A stretch of DNA of 64,000 bases from Octopus vulgaris (taxonomy: Eukaryota). Position numbers and translations under genes: made by a program. The stretch covers positions 6,510,001 through 6,574,000 of the forward strand of contig OX597835.1 in the NCBI GenBank assembly GCA_951406725.2, read 5' to 3'. A model generated the notes under the pieces. It was not told the DNA's origin. It was given only the letters and a program-made list of their open reading frames with translations, and did not search any database. Shown piece by piece: positions 38,914 through 52,440 of the stretch (its first letter is position 1; every line of letters begins with the position of its first letter).

Positions 38914-39139
38914 ACTTTTAGTCGAATGAATTGACTCCATTATTTTTGAAGCCTGCTAATTATTATAGTTAATTTGATCTGAAACAGGTAGAATATTTTC
39001 TCCAAATTTGGCCAGTTTAAATGCTAAAAATTAAAATAATGATGATAGTTGTATATTTTCATGTACAATATTTTATTTTTTCTTCCTTTTTCTTTTCCAT
39101 CTCCAGAACATCAGACATTGTGTTAGGCCAAATCACATT

Positions 39140-39305
39140 ATGAAGTACATTCTTGTGACAGGCGGTGTGATTAGTGGTCTTGGTAAAGGGGTCATTGCCA
39201 GCAGCATCGGAACTCTGTTGAAGGCATGCAATATAAAGGTGACATCGATTAAGATTGATCCTTACATTAACATTGATGCCGGAACTTTCTCTCCTTATGA
39301 ACACG
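39140..39305 (+). CDS. CTPS1: CTP synthase coding exon 1 (exon starts at 39107 with a 33-nt leader)
   Basis: [56 protein letters not shown]; acceptor ctccAG at 39105-39106; donor G|GTACGT. Confidence 0.97.
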
Positions 39306-39638
39306 GTACGTAACTATTCCGATTATTACGTTTTAACCTTTCTTAAGCATTCGTATCACTCAAACGAAACGCTTATTTAATTAAATTGTTCTCAATTAAT
39401 TATGCATTATCTTGTACCTACGAGATTTCAGTGATGTGATTACTCTTTACTCTTTCACTCGTTTCAGTCATTTGACTGCGGCCATGCTGGAGCACCGCCT
39501 TTAGTCGAGCAAATCGACGCCGGGACTTATTCTTTTTGAAAGCCCAGTACTTATTCTATCGGTCTCTTTTGCCGAACCGCTAAGTGACGGGGACGTAAAC
39601 ACACCAGCATCAGTTGTCAAGCAATGCTAGGGGGACAA

Positions 39639-39669
<31 letters not shown>

Positions 39670-42047
39670 CATATATACGACAGGCTTCTTTCAGTTTCCG
39701 TCTACCAAATCCACTCACAGGGCATTGGTCGGCCCGGGGCTATAGCAGAAGACTCTTGCCCAAGATGTCACGCAGTGGGACTGAACCTGGAACCATGTGG
39801 TTGGTTAGCAAGCTACTTACCACACAGCCACTCCTGCGCCTATTGTTTATTTTTGGAATAACATCGCAGTATGGGTGTCAGCCCAGATCTGGTTGGTTTG
39901 AACATGTTAAACAGGTACGATGTTTGGACTGGTTATGGCTGGTTTGACTCTTTAGCATTCAAATAACTCTGTCAAATCTAATGCTTTGAATTAATCCTGC
40001 ATTATCTCATAGCTATGAGATTTCAATGATGTGATTGATTAGTTTTAGAATGACGTGGCTGGATGGGTGTGAGAGGTTGGATCTGGTCAGTTTGATCATA
40101 AAACAGGTAGAGTATTTTGGCCAGATATGGCTAGTTTAAATGCTGATAGGTGAACCCTTTAGCATTCAGTAATCTGTCAAATCTAATGCTTCTTTATTCA
40201 CATTGTTTTGAATTAATCCAGCATTATCTCATAGCTTTTGAGATTTGGTGCGAGAAAGACTGGATCTGGCTGGGTTGAACACAAAACAGGCTGAATATTT
40301 AGACTGGATACAACCAGTTGAAATTCTAGAGTTTCAGATGCCGAAGTGGAAATCCTTTTGGCGTTGTGGATTTCCACTTCGGCATCTGAAACTCAGAGTT
40401 TTATCTTGACTATTGAGTAATTGTAACATATTATTTTATAGATATAATATATACTAGCAGTATCACCCGGCGTTGCTCGGGTTTGTAAGGGAAATAACTA
40501 TATAAGCATTTTTAGAGAGTTACTTCCCTTATAGATGCCAATTCGGGCTTTCTTAGCCATTTCTGTTTTGGTGTCTTCAAGCCATGAAGTCGTTCTAAAA
40601 GAATGCTGGTCTCCTTGACAACGCTTTACGACGTTGATTTCCTTACACTCCCTTCCCCACAGCTTCACGAGGGAGGGAAGAAGGGGGAGAAGCAACACAG
40701 GTGCAGGTGTGACCGTGGACGCCAACTCCGCCGCCATCGACACACGAAAAATTATGCATCAAAATGGAATAAAAAATGATGTTAAATTATTTTTAAATCG
40801 TAGACTCATCGTAGACGCGCGCTAATAGCCAGACGGGCTCGATATGAATCACGACTATAAGATACCCGAATTTGGTTAACTGCACCGCAAAATGTGGGAG
40901 TAGTTCGGAATCTAAATCGAAGGGGACAGACACTCACACAACTAGAGTTTTATATATATAGATATATATAATATATATTGGCCCTTAAATACCTGGAAGC
41001 TAGCTTTATATACTGGCCCTTAATGAGTGGAAACTCGTTATGGCCACTATTAGTTTGTTGCTAATTTGACCCCCATCTGCTGCGGTTGCTAACTAAACAT
41101 ATATCACAGGTTATCAATCAAGGCAGATCTTGCATTGACCATGGGTTTAAATACCGATGGCCATTGCTGAAGAAGCGTCTGGCCGTGATCTGACCTTGAC
41201 CTGGCCAGTCGAAGCTCTGTTAAAAGATGCCAGTCCATTGATACTGCAACTTCAGCAGCCATCCAATAAAGCTGACTTTGTCTCTCCAGCCTAAAAGCGA
41301 AAGCTGTCTGTTTTTGTCTGACCATCTGCTTAACAGCTTGATGCTTTTGTATTGGTACCGTTATGGTACTGCCTTCTTGGCAGTGGTACTTCAACTATCT
41401 GCATTGTTCTAAAAAAAATCAATATACTATTTACGCATTACTGTGTAAACAGAGGGACTTGGACTGGATAATCTAGTTGACATGTGTCTGAGATTACAGG
41501 CAGATGCAGCTAAAGATATATGCTGGAATATTTTAGCAGCAGCCAAGTTTGTGTGTGTGTGTGTGTGTGTGTCTGTGTAGCTAGAAATAAGAGCTAAACT
41601 GCTCTAATGTTGTAGTTAACGCACATGAATAAAAACATACCCTAACAGGGATCATAATCGTCCGAAAGGTGCCGCAATCGGCACTTTTGAATGATTATGG
41701 TCCCAGTTAGGGTATAGGTTTTCATTCATGTGCATTAACTACAACATTAGAGTGGTTTAGCTCTTATTTCTAGCAACATAGGTGTTTCCTGACACCCTAA
41801 TCACATTTAGCGACATTTGTAATTCTCCTTTTTTTGGTGAAACCTTGCAAGCTGCTATTTATTTTATATATATTATATAATATCAGATGTAATATATAAT
41901 AGTTGTGTATAAATATTGGTCTATATATAGTAGCTGTTTATAATTGCTATATAATTGTAATATAAGGCAAAGACAACACTGTCCTTTCACTAAACTAACA
42001 AATTTACTCCTGTACATACATATATACATATATGTATATACATACAT

Positions 42048-42085
<38 letters not shown>

Positions 42086-43777
42086 GTGCATATATAATGT
42101 GCATATTACATATATATGTATTTATAAATGCACACACATACACTGGGTATGCTAAAAGTTTAAAAATGCCGTAGATGCTACTGAAGCCGGCATCATTTGT
42201 CCATAAATTGCATCAGGCTTTGACTTTTGGCCTACTGTGTGTGTGTATATAATATATATATATGTATATATGACTGGCTCCTTTCAGTTTCCATCTACCA
42301 AATCCACACTCACAAGCCTTCGGATGACCTGAGGCTATTGCGGAGAACACCTGCCCAAGGTGCTACGCAGTAGGACTGAACCTAAAATCTTGATGTAAGG
42401 GAAGCAAGCTTCTTCCTACACACCCATGCCTATACATATATATATATATATATTATATTTGTCTGCCTTCCTGGCTGTGTTTGCCCCACCCCCCGTCTAC
42501 CTGGCGACAGGTGTTAGTTTTGTTTTACGTCCTTGTAACTTAAAGAGGTGAGGCAAATGGAACAAAATATGTCCCAGACTTTGAAATTGATTTTTATTTG
42601 ACTAAAAATTTTGCAAGGCAATGCCCCAGCATGGCCGCGCTCTGATGGCTGGGACAAGTAAATTAGAAAAGAGAAAAAAAAAAACAAAATTTGATCGATG
42701 AAATGGTTGGCAAGATAAAGGTCATTGTGGGAGGAGGAGGAGGAGGCACAATTAACATGGGTTATCAGACAGCTGTTGTTGTGATCAGGTTCGTTATTGT
42801 GTGTGTGTGTGTGTATATAATGCATGTGCCTGTGTGTGTATTTGTGTGTAGGTGTCTGTATGTAGTAGTACTTCTGTAACCTGTGTGTGTGTGTGTTGTA
42901 GAATCTTTATCTGATCTTTTGGTTTTTATGTTTGTGTGTGTGTGTTGGTGTATGCATATATATTTGTGTGCATCTGCTTACGTGTGTATTGGTGGATGTG
43001 TGCACATGTATGTGTTGGTGTAGGTGTGAATGTGTGCGTGCCTATGTGTTTTGGTGTATGTGTAGATGTGTGTATTTGTGTGCATGTATATGAGTGTTGT
43101 GTGTGTGTGTGAGTATTTGTGTATATCGCCGCCTTGACTGGCTTCTGTGCTGGTGGCAAAGTAAAAAGCACCAACCGATCATGGCCGCTGCCAGCCTCCC
43201 CTGGCACGTAAAAAGCACCCACTACACTCATGGAGTGGTTGGTATTAGGAAGGGCATCCAGCTGTAGAAACACTGCAAGATCAGACTGGAGCCTGTTGCA
43301 GCATCCTGGCTTCCCAGACCCCGGTTGAACCGTCCAACCCGTGCTAGCACGGAAAACAGACGTTAAACAATGATGATGATGACGATAACTGCTATTTAAT
43401 TATGTAACCTTTGTTGATTTTCCTTAACCATGTTTTGTTCTTCGTCTAAGACAAATTCTCTCCCTACTGCCAAGGAGGCATGGGGTGTCTATAAGGCTTT
43501 AGGGGGTGCCGTGAAGTCGCATAACCCACTAAATTTTACCTATAATAGTGGTAATATTACACATGGTCAAACTAGTAAAGGATATTATAATAAAATGGAA
43601 GATAGGCACAGGAGTGGCTGTGTGGTAAAGTAGCTTGCTAACCAACCACATGGTTCCGGGTTCAGTCCCACTGCGTGGCATCTTGGGCAAGTGTCTTCTG
43701 CTATAGCCCCGGGCCAACCAATGCCTTGTGAGTGGATTTGGTAGACGGAAACTGAAAAGAAGCCTGTCGTATATATA

Positions 43778-43816
<39 letters not shown>

Positions 43817-46800
43817 GTTTGTGTGTCTGTGTTTGTCCCCCTCGCGTTGCTTGACAACCAATGCTGGTGTGTTTACGTCCCCGTCACTTAGCAGTTCGGC
43901 AAAAGAAACCGATAGAATAAGTACTGGGCTTACAAAGAATAAGTCCTGGGGGCCGATTCGCTCGACTAAAGGCAGTGCTCCAGCATGGCCGCAGTCAAAA
44001 TGACTGAAACAAGTAAAAGAGTAAAGAGTATGAGTAAATATTGTGCTTAAAAACATGTTTGGACAAGAACAATTAATTTTTAATGTTATATTTTCGGTTT
44101 AAATAGTATTTTTTTTAGATGTGTAGTCTTGTTTTCCTATATTTTGATGTCCATTTTGTTTAGTGATGTAATTATATCCGATTGTTGTCTGTCATCCTTT
44201 TAAAAATTTAGAACAAGTGGGGAAAATAAAGTGCTTTCAGTTCTCGTGAATACTTGAAATGTAGATTTATTCCATCTCTGAATAACGAGCAATTGCCATT
44301 CTGATTAATTTTTTTTTGTCATTGTTTTGCATAATTGTGCGTTATCTTGTAGCTTCAGTGTTTTTGATGATCATCATCATCGTTTAACGTCCATTCTCCA
44401 TGGGTTGGACGGTTCGACTGGGCATCTGGGAAGCCAGAAGGCTGCACCAGGCTCCAGTCTTATCTGGCAATGTTTCTACAGCTGGATGCCCTTCCTAACG
44501 CCAACCACTCCGTGAGTGTAGTGGGTGCTTTTTACATGCCACCTGCACAGGTGCCAGGCGAGGCTGGCAACGGCCACGGTCGGATTGGTGTATTTTATGT
44601 GCCACCGGCACGGAAGCCAGTCGAGGCGGCGCTGGCATCGGCCACGAGTCGGATAGTGCTTTCTATGTACCACCAGACCAGGGATCCTGGCTGGTTCAAT
44701 TCGATTTCGATGATATGATTGGATATTTTTAGAATGGCAATGTAGGGTAGGTGTGAGAGGTAGGATCTAGCTGATTTGAGTATAAAACTGGGGAGAATAT
44801 TTGGGCAGGATGTGGTCGGTTTAAATGCTAAAGGGTTAACTTGTGGAAAAAATGGTTAGCAAATGGTACAGGCATGGATGGCTGTGTGGTAAGAAGTTTG
44901 CTTCCCAACCACATGGTTCTGGGTTCAATCCCATTGTGTGGTAACTTGGGCAAGTGCCTTCTACTCTAGCTTCAGGCCGATCAAAGTGAGTAGATATGGT
45001 AGATGGAAACTGAAAGAAGCCCATCATACATAAATACATATATATCTGTGTGTGTCTGTCTTTATGTCTCTGTTTATTCCCCCACCCCCATCACTACCTG
45101 ACAACTGGTGTTGGTGTGTTTATGTCCCTGTAACTTAGCAGTTTGGCAAAGGCGACTGACAGAATAAGTACCAGGCTTTAAAATTATAAGTCCTGGCGGG
45201 GTCGATTCCTTTGACTAAAAATTCTTCAAGGCGGTGCCCCAACATGGACGCAGTCCGCTGACTGAAACAGGTGAACAATAAGAAGAAAGGTAAAGTTGAA
45301 GTACTCAATACAGAAGTACAGTGTAATGATTCTCTGTTGTAGTTTTACTTCTGTGATTAGGTTTTGTGAATGCTACCAATCGTATCTCTGAAGAGCAGAT
45401 AAAAATGCTTGAGGTTTAGTGACGTTGGTGATAAGCCTGGCTGTTTATTGATAACAGGAGAGAAAATACAGACAGCCATTGAAATTGCTAACAAAAGCAT
45501 TTAAGGTACCAAACAATAGGGAACAAAGAAAAATAGGCATTGAAGTAGATTGTGTGTCATCAGAATTTAGAAACCGAAGAGATAGGAAAATAAATTGGAG
45601 TTTTGAAGTAGATAAACGTATAATAGCTTGTGGAATATTGGGCTAAACCCTCTTGTTTACTAACCTGTTTGAGGCTATCTCTGGTTCTCGACACAAATGG
45701 TCTCATTTTAACCCATTTGTTGCCATATTTCTGTTGAAAAACTCTCCTTGTTTCAATTAATTTTGGAAATAACGAAGAATTATTGAAATAACTTTGTCCT
45801 AATAGAATTAGTACTAGGCTTTAAGAAAAAAAAAAAATTCCTGGGGTTGATTAGTATGGCTGAAACCCTTGAAGGTGGTGCCCCAGCATGACCACAGTCA
45901 GATTAAAACAAGTAAAAAATCAAGGATATTCTAAAAACTTAATGAAACGGGCTGTGTAGTTTTTGCAGAAATTTGATAGTGGAAGGGTTAAAACTCATTG
46001 GATGGGAAAAGTTGAAGATTACCCATGAGAATGCCTTTGACTTTTTCCAAGGGAATTTTAATCCAATGCTTTATCTTCTTCAAGTTCTGGCTTTTTTTTT
46101 TTTTTTTTTTGGTAAAGATACATTTTTTGTTTTATTTTTATATTTTATTCATTTATATATTTGTTTCATTTTCGTTTTAAATATTTCATTTCCTTTGTTG
46201 TTCAAAACACTTCAGTATATTTCAATGTCCATTCAATTTGTTTTTGTCTCCCCACCTTGCCCCATCTCTCTCTCTCTCTCTCTCTCTCCATATTTTACAT
46301 TTTATTTGTTCATGTTTTATCACTTATTGTAGTTTATTGTAATCAAGTGACACTTGTTGAACTCAAGGGTAGCAACATCACGTAATCTCGACACTAGTAT
46401 AGTTGTATGATAGATTAACTTGATTATGGTAGTCAGGGATATATCACGAAGCCGAATAGGCAAGCACGATTGAATGAGACCCAGATCGTTTGAAAGGGGC
46501 CATCACTAGCTTGTCAGACCTTCAGCTTATCAACTAAACCCCCTGCTACCCACCCATTTTTATCTTTGGATCCCCATGCTTACCACTTAACTCTCACGGA
46601 CCCTGATAGCCATTCAATGTTTAAAAACTAGTTTTATATACCCTCTTTTACTCTTTTAGTCATTTGACTGCGGCCATGCTGGGGCACCGCCTTTAGTCGA
46701 GCAAATTGATCCCGGGACTTATTCTATCGGTCTCTTTTGCCGAACTGCTAAGTGACGGGGACGTAAACACACCAGCATCGGTTGTCAAGCAATGCTAGGG

Positions 46801-49800
46801 GGACAAACACAGACACACATACATATATATATATATACATATATACGACAGGCTTCTTTCAGTTTCCGTTTACCAAATCCACTCACAAGGCATTGGTCGG
46901 CCCGGAGCTATAGCAGAAGACACTTGCCCAAGATGCCACGCAGTGGGACTGAACCCGGAACCATGTGGTTGGTTAGCAAGCTACTTACCACACAGCCACT
47001 CCTGCGCCTATACTGTATCTCTTCATCATTTAATGTCCATCTTCCATACTGGCATGGGTTGGATGGTTTGACAGGAGCCCCCCCCCCTGGCTAGGTAGAA
47101 GGCTGTCCCAGGCTACTGTGTCTGTTTTGGCATGGCTTTTACAGCTGGGTGGACTGAGTTCTTTTTACATGGCACCAGCCCAACTGAGGTCAGTTCTGGC
47201 GTGGTTTTTTACAACTGGATGTCCTTCTAAATGGCAACCACTTCGTAGTGTGGACTGGTTGCAAATATTATCTCATAGCTTCAAGATTTCAATGATTTGT
47301 TTGTTTATTTATTTTTAGAATGACATTGTAGGGTAGGTGTGAAAGGCCAAATCTGGCCAGTTTGAACATGAAGCCAGAACATCTAGGCTGGATATGGCTA
47401 GCTTAATCCTTTACCATTCAGGTTACCCTGTCAAATGTAATACTTATTTATTCATATCATTTTGAATGAATCGGGCATTATCTCATAGCTTTGTGATTGT
47501 ATGTTTTTAGAATGGCATTGTAGGATAGGTGTGAGAGGTTGGATCTGGCCAGTTTGAACCTAAAACAGATAGTATATTATTAGCTTGATATGACTGGTTT
47601 AAAAACTCAAGGGTTAAAGCAGGAAGTTTGTATTATAGAACCAAAGGTGGTCTCGTTCAGGTGGGTTTTAAAAGGGTTTAAGCTCTGATTGCAAAATGTC
47701 TCATGACAACTGATAAGATAACGAGGTCAATGCCCATTAATTTCAATTGATATCTTGTTGTTTCACCTACTTTATTGGCCTTTCTGTTAGGTTGCCATGG
47801 AAATTTGTTGTTAACCAATTAAAAAAACCTTTCACAATTATCCATAATTTGCGATGTACATACATCTATGATGAGCTTCATTCAGTTTCCGTCTACTGCA
47901 TCCACTCACAAGGCTTTGATTGGCTTGAGGCTATAGTAGAAGATACTTGCCCAAGGTGTCACGGAGTGGGACTGAACCTGGAACCATGCGGTTGAGAAGC
48001 AAGCTTCTTGCCACACGGCCACTCTTTTTTTTTCGTTTTTTTTTTTCCCCCTTAACAGTATATGTCATCAACTTCATTATTGATTAATGAAGTTGATGAG
48101 TAAGCAGAATCGTTAGCATGCTGGACAAAATTCTATGATGAGCTTCATTTAGTTTCCATCTACCACATCCACTCACAAGGCTTTGATTGGCTTGTTTCTG
48201 ACTCTTTCTATTCTGAGTTCAAATTTTGTCGAGAAAAGCTTTGCCTCTCATCCTTTTCGGGATCAATAAATTAATCAATTAAGTACTGGGGTCCATTCTA
48301 GCCCCTTTCCCTCAATATCTGGCCTTGTGTCTAAAGGAGATTAATTTTTAAATGGATTGTTGGCATTAGGAAGGGCATCCAGCTGTAGAAACATTGCCAG
48401 ATCAGACCGGAGCCTGGTGCAGCCTTCTGGCTTCCCAGATCCCCAGTCGAACCGTCCAACCCATGCTAGCATGGAAAGCGGACGTTAAACGATGATGATG
48501 ATGAATGTTGATCTTTTAGTGTATATTACATCTTTAAAAAAAAATTTTTTTTTTTTATTTTTAGAAAAAAAGATATGAAGTGATTTTTCTAAAAAAAAAA
48601 AAAAATGTAATATATGACAGGGGTTTGAATTGCTTTCTTTGAATGCCGGTAAGCACCAAACATTTTTCTTGTATCTGAATAACGCTGTCTGTTTCTTCAC
48701 ATTTCACAGAACATAATAAATGCAACAATGCCAAAATGACCTTTCTTAATTCTCTGTTTTTTTTCTTTTCTTAATTCAGGTGAAGTGTTTGTCTTGGACG
48801 ATGGCGGTGAAGTTGATCTTGACTTGGGCAACTATGAACGATTCCTCAACATCACCCTTCACAGAGACAACAACATAACGACTGGAAAGATATACCAGCA
48901 AGTTATAAACAGAGAACGAACTGGAGACTATTTAGGGAAAACTGTGCAAGGTAGAAACCGGTTGATTGTTTAATCAATGTATGCAATTGAAATGGACGGC
49001 TTGGTCTTTACCTGTCGCTACACTTCCAGTAAAAATATTTGCTAATCATGCTTACTCTTTTAGTTGTTTCAGTCATTTGACTGCGGCCATGCTGGAGCAC
49101 CACCTTTAGTCGAGCAAATCGACCCCGGGACTTATTCTTTGTAAGCCCAGTACTTATTCTATCGGTCTCTTTTGCCGAATCGCGAAGTGATGGGGACGTA
49201 AACACACCAGCATCGGTTGTCAAGCAATGCTAGGGGGACAGATATATACATATATACGACAGACTTTCAGTTTCCGTCTACCAAATCCACTCACAAGGCA
49301 TTGGTCGGCCCGGGGCTATAGCAGAAGACACTTGCCCAAGGTGCCACGCAGTGGGACTGAACCCGGAACCATGTGGTTGGTTAGCAAGCTACTTACCACA
49401 CAGCCACTCCTGTGCAATGCATGTACATTGTTTCTACAGACTGTTATATAGTGAAAGTATCAATAGTTACTATGGTGACAACACTACCTATCTTTCACAC
49501 ATACACACACACACACACTCTCTCTCTCTATCTCTCTTGGAATTTTTCTCTCAGCTACAACAGCAACTCCCTATAATTATTGTGAAAGTCTTTTTTAAAG
49601 CTTGTGTTACCTTGTCTCTATGTTGAAAGACACACACATACACACACAAATGATAAAAACAATAAACTCCCTCTCTCTCTCTCTCTTTCGGAGAGGCACA
49701 AGCACCTACACGCACATATACACACACGGCAGTAACTTCCGCCTGCCGAATTCAATCACAAAGCTTCGGTCGGCTCGGGGCTATAGCAGAAGACACCTAC

Positions 49801-52408
49801 CCAAAGTGCCACGCAGTGGGACTGAACCCGAAATCATATAGCTAGGAAGTAAGCTCCCTAACCTCACAGCTGTATAATGGGTTTTTTTTAAAGCTATGTT
49901 GCATTGTGTTGACAGACTTGCACTTAAAATTCCCCTGTTTTTAATTTTTTATCAATATTTCTGCTGTGTGTCTCTAGCAGGAACCAGAGACATGATGTGA
50001 CAGTGATGACTTTATACCAGTGAACGTATTCTGATATCTGAAGATAAATTTGTACTGAGTCACATCATATGGCAGACATATCTGATAGATCATTTAACAG
50101 GCCACATCCAGCTCAAATATTCAATCTGGCCAGATCTGACCTTTCACACCTACTTGACAATGTTATTCAAATCCTAAACAATCATCATCATCGTTTAACG
50201 TCCATTTTCCGCGCTAGCACGGGTTGGACGGTTCGACCGGGGGTCTGGGAAGCCAGGGGCTGCACCAGGCTCCAGTCTGATCTGGCAGAGTTTCTACAGC
50301 TGGATGCCCTTCCTAACGCCAACCACTCCGCGAGTGCGGTGGGTGCTTTTTACGTGCCACCTGCACAGGTGCCGGGGGGGGGGGGGGGCATCGGTCACGA
50401 TCGGTTGGAGCTTTTAACGTGCCACCGGCGCGGAAGCCAGCCAAGGCGGCGCTGGCAACGGCCACGTTCGGATGGTGCTTTTTATGTGCCAGCGGCACAG
50501 AAGCCAGTCGGGGCGGTGCTGGCAAGTCGTCAAAACAACATGGATAAGCATCGCACTTGACAGAATAATCTGAATGCTAGACAGTTAAACCTTTAGCACT
50601 CAGACCAACCATATCTGGCCAAAATATTGTGTTTTATGTTCAAACTGGCCGGACCCAGGCTCTTACATCTACCCTACAGTGTCCTAAAAACTGAACGGTT
50701 ACATCAGATCTGAGATAATGCAGGATGTCTTTAGCATTGAAACCTGCCTTATCTAGCCCAAAATGTTCAAACCTGCCAGGTCTGGCCTTTCACACCTACC
50801 TGACAATGTCATTCACATCAGAAACAGTCATCGGAATCTCGCAAGCTGTGAGCTATCTGCATGGTTAATTGAAAACAATGTGAATGAATATGCAGAGCAT
50901 TTGACAGTAATCTGAATGTTAAAGGGTCAAATCTGTGATTGTCATTTGGGTTACATCGGTTGAAGATAGATCTTTAGTTCACGTTGGGTTACCTGAGGCC
51001 TCCGAACCCCACCCCACAATTGCTCCTGGTTCCCTGGTTCAAACTTCCAGTTTTGAAGTAGTCTCAAGGAAAAAACCTTTAACTAAAGAAATGGAGTGAT
51101 AGTTACCCCCCCCCCCCCCCAAAAAACCCCCTGTATTATGTAAGTGCAAGTATGGCCATGTGATTTAGAGGGTTCACATGGTAACTATGTTGCCTGAAGG
51201 GTGTGTGAACGAGTGTGTGGATGCATGTGTGTGTAGTCTGAAGAGTGTGTGTGGACAGTGGGAATGAGTAGGTGAGTAAAACATGGGTCTGTGTGCACGT
51301 GTATGAGTGTGTGTGCATGCGCATGTCTATTTTTGTGTCATTCTGTTGCTTTGTCTGTGGTGGGTGGGAGCAGAGTGAGAATGTGTGTGTGCACGTGTAT
51401 GGATGTGGGTGTGTGTCTGTGTCATTCTCTCTGTATAAATTGTGTGTGTACACGTGAATTGCTATGTTACAGGAACATAACACCGGTTGTCAAGCTATAG
51501 TGGGAGGGGGGTATACCAACATTGGTTGTCAAGCTATGGTGGGGGGACAAATACACCCACCCACCCATGTATATACGACTGGCTTCGTTCAGTTTCCGTC
51601 TACCAAATCCACTAACAAGGCTTTGGTCATCCTGAAGCTATAGCAGAAGACACTTGCCCAAGGTGCCATGCAGTGGGACTGAACCCAGAACCATGTGGTT
51701 GGGAAGCAAGCTTCTTACTGCACAGCTATGCCTCTATTTACATGGTTTTGAATTAATCCTGCATTATCTCACAGCTTTGTGGCTTCGATGATGTGATTGC
51801 ATAGTTTTAGAATGGCATTGTATGTTATGCGTGAGAGGCAGGATGCGGTCAGTTTGACTGCAAAGCCTCCACGACCATCATCAGGGTGATGAATTAACTA
51901 AGAATTTTTAGAACCTTGGAAAAAATGCCTTACTATATTTGATGTTCTTAGTTCAGGTCTAATTTCACATATGTCTTTATCCTTCCGGGGTTAACAGATA
52001 AAAATACCAGTCAAGTCCTCAAATTGATGTTATCAACTAAATGTCCCTCTCCAATTCTTTGCTGCCCTTCCTTTTGTGAATCTCTTGTTTGTTCTGCCAC
52101 CGTTTTTCTGAACTTCCTTTTCTTTTTTTTCCCCCCAACATCTGGTCTTCTTAAGTCTGTGAATTCTGTCTTACTCTTTCAGTTGTCCCCCACATAACAG
52201 ATGCCATCCAAGAATGGGTTGAAAGAGTTGCCAAAATTCCTGTCAGTGAAGACAAAGCAGAACCTGATGTTTGTATTATCGAGGTATGTCGTTATTGCTT
52301 TTCTGCCTACCTGTGCTCCCCCACCTCTCTCAATTTGCTGCATCTTGGGCAACTGTTGACCAAAGCCTTGTGAGTGGGGCTTGATAGGAAGAAACTGAAG
52401 GAAGCCTC

Positions 52409-52440
<32 letters not shown>

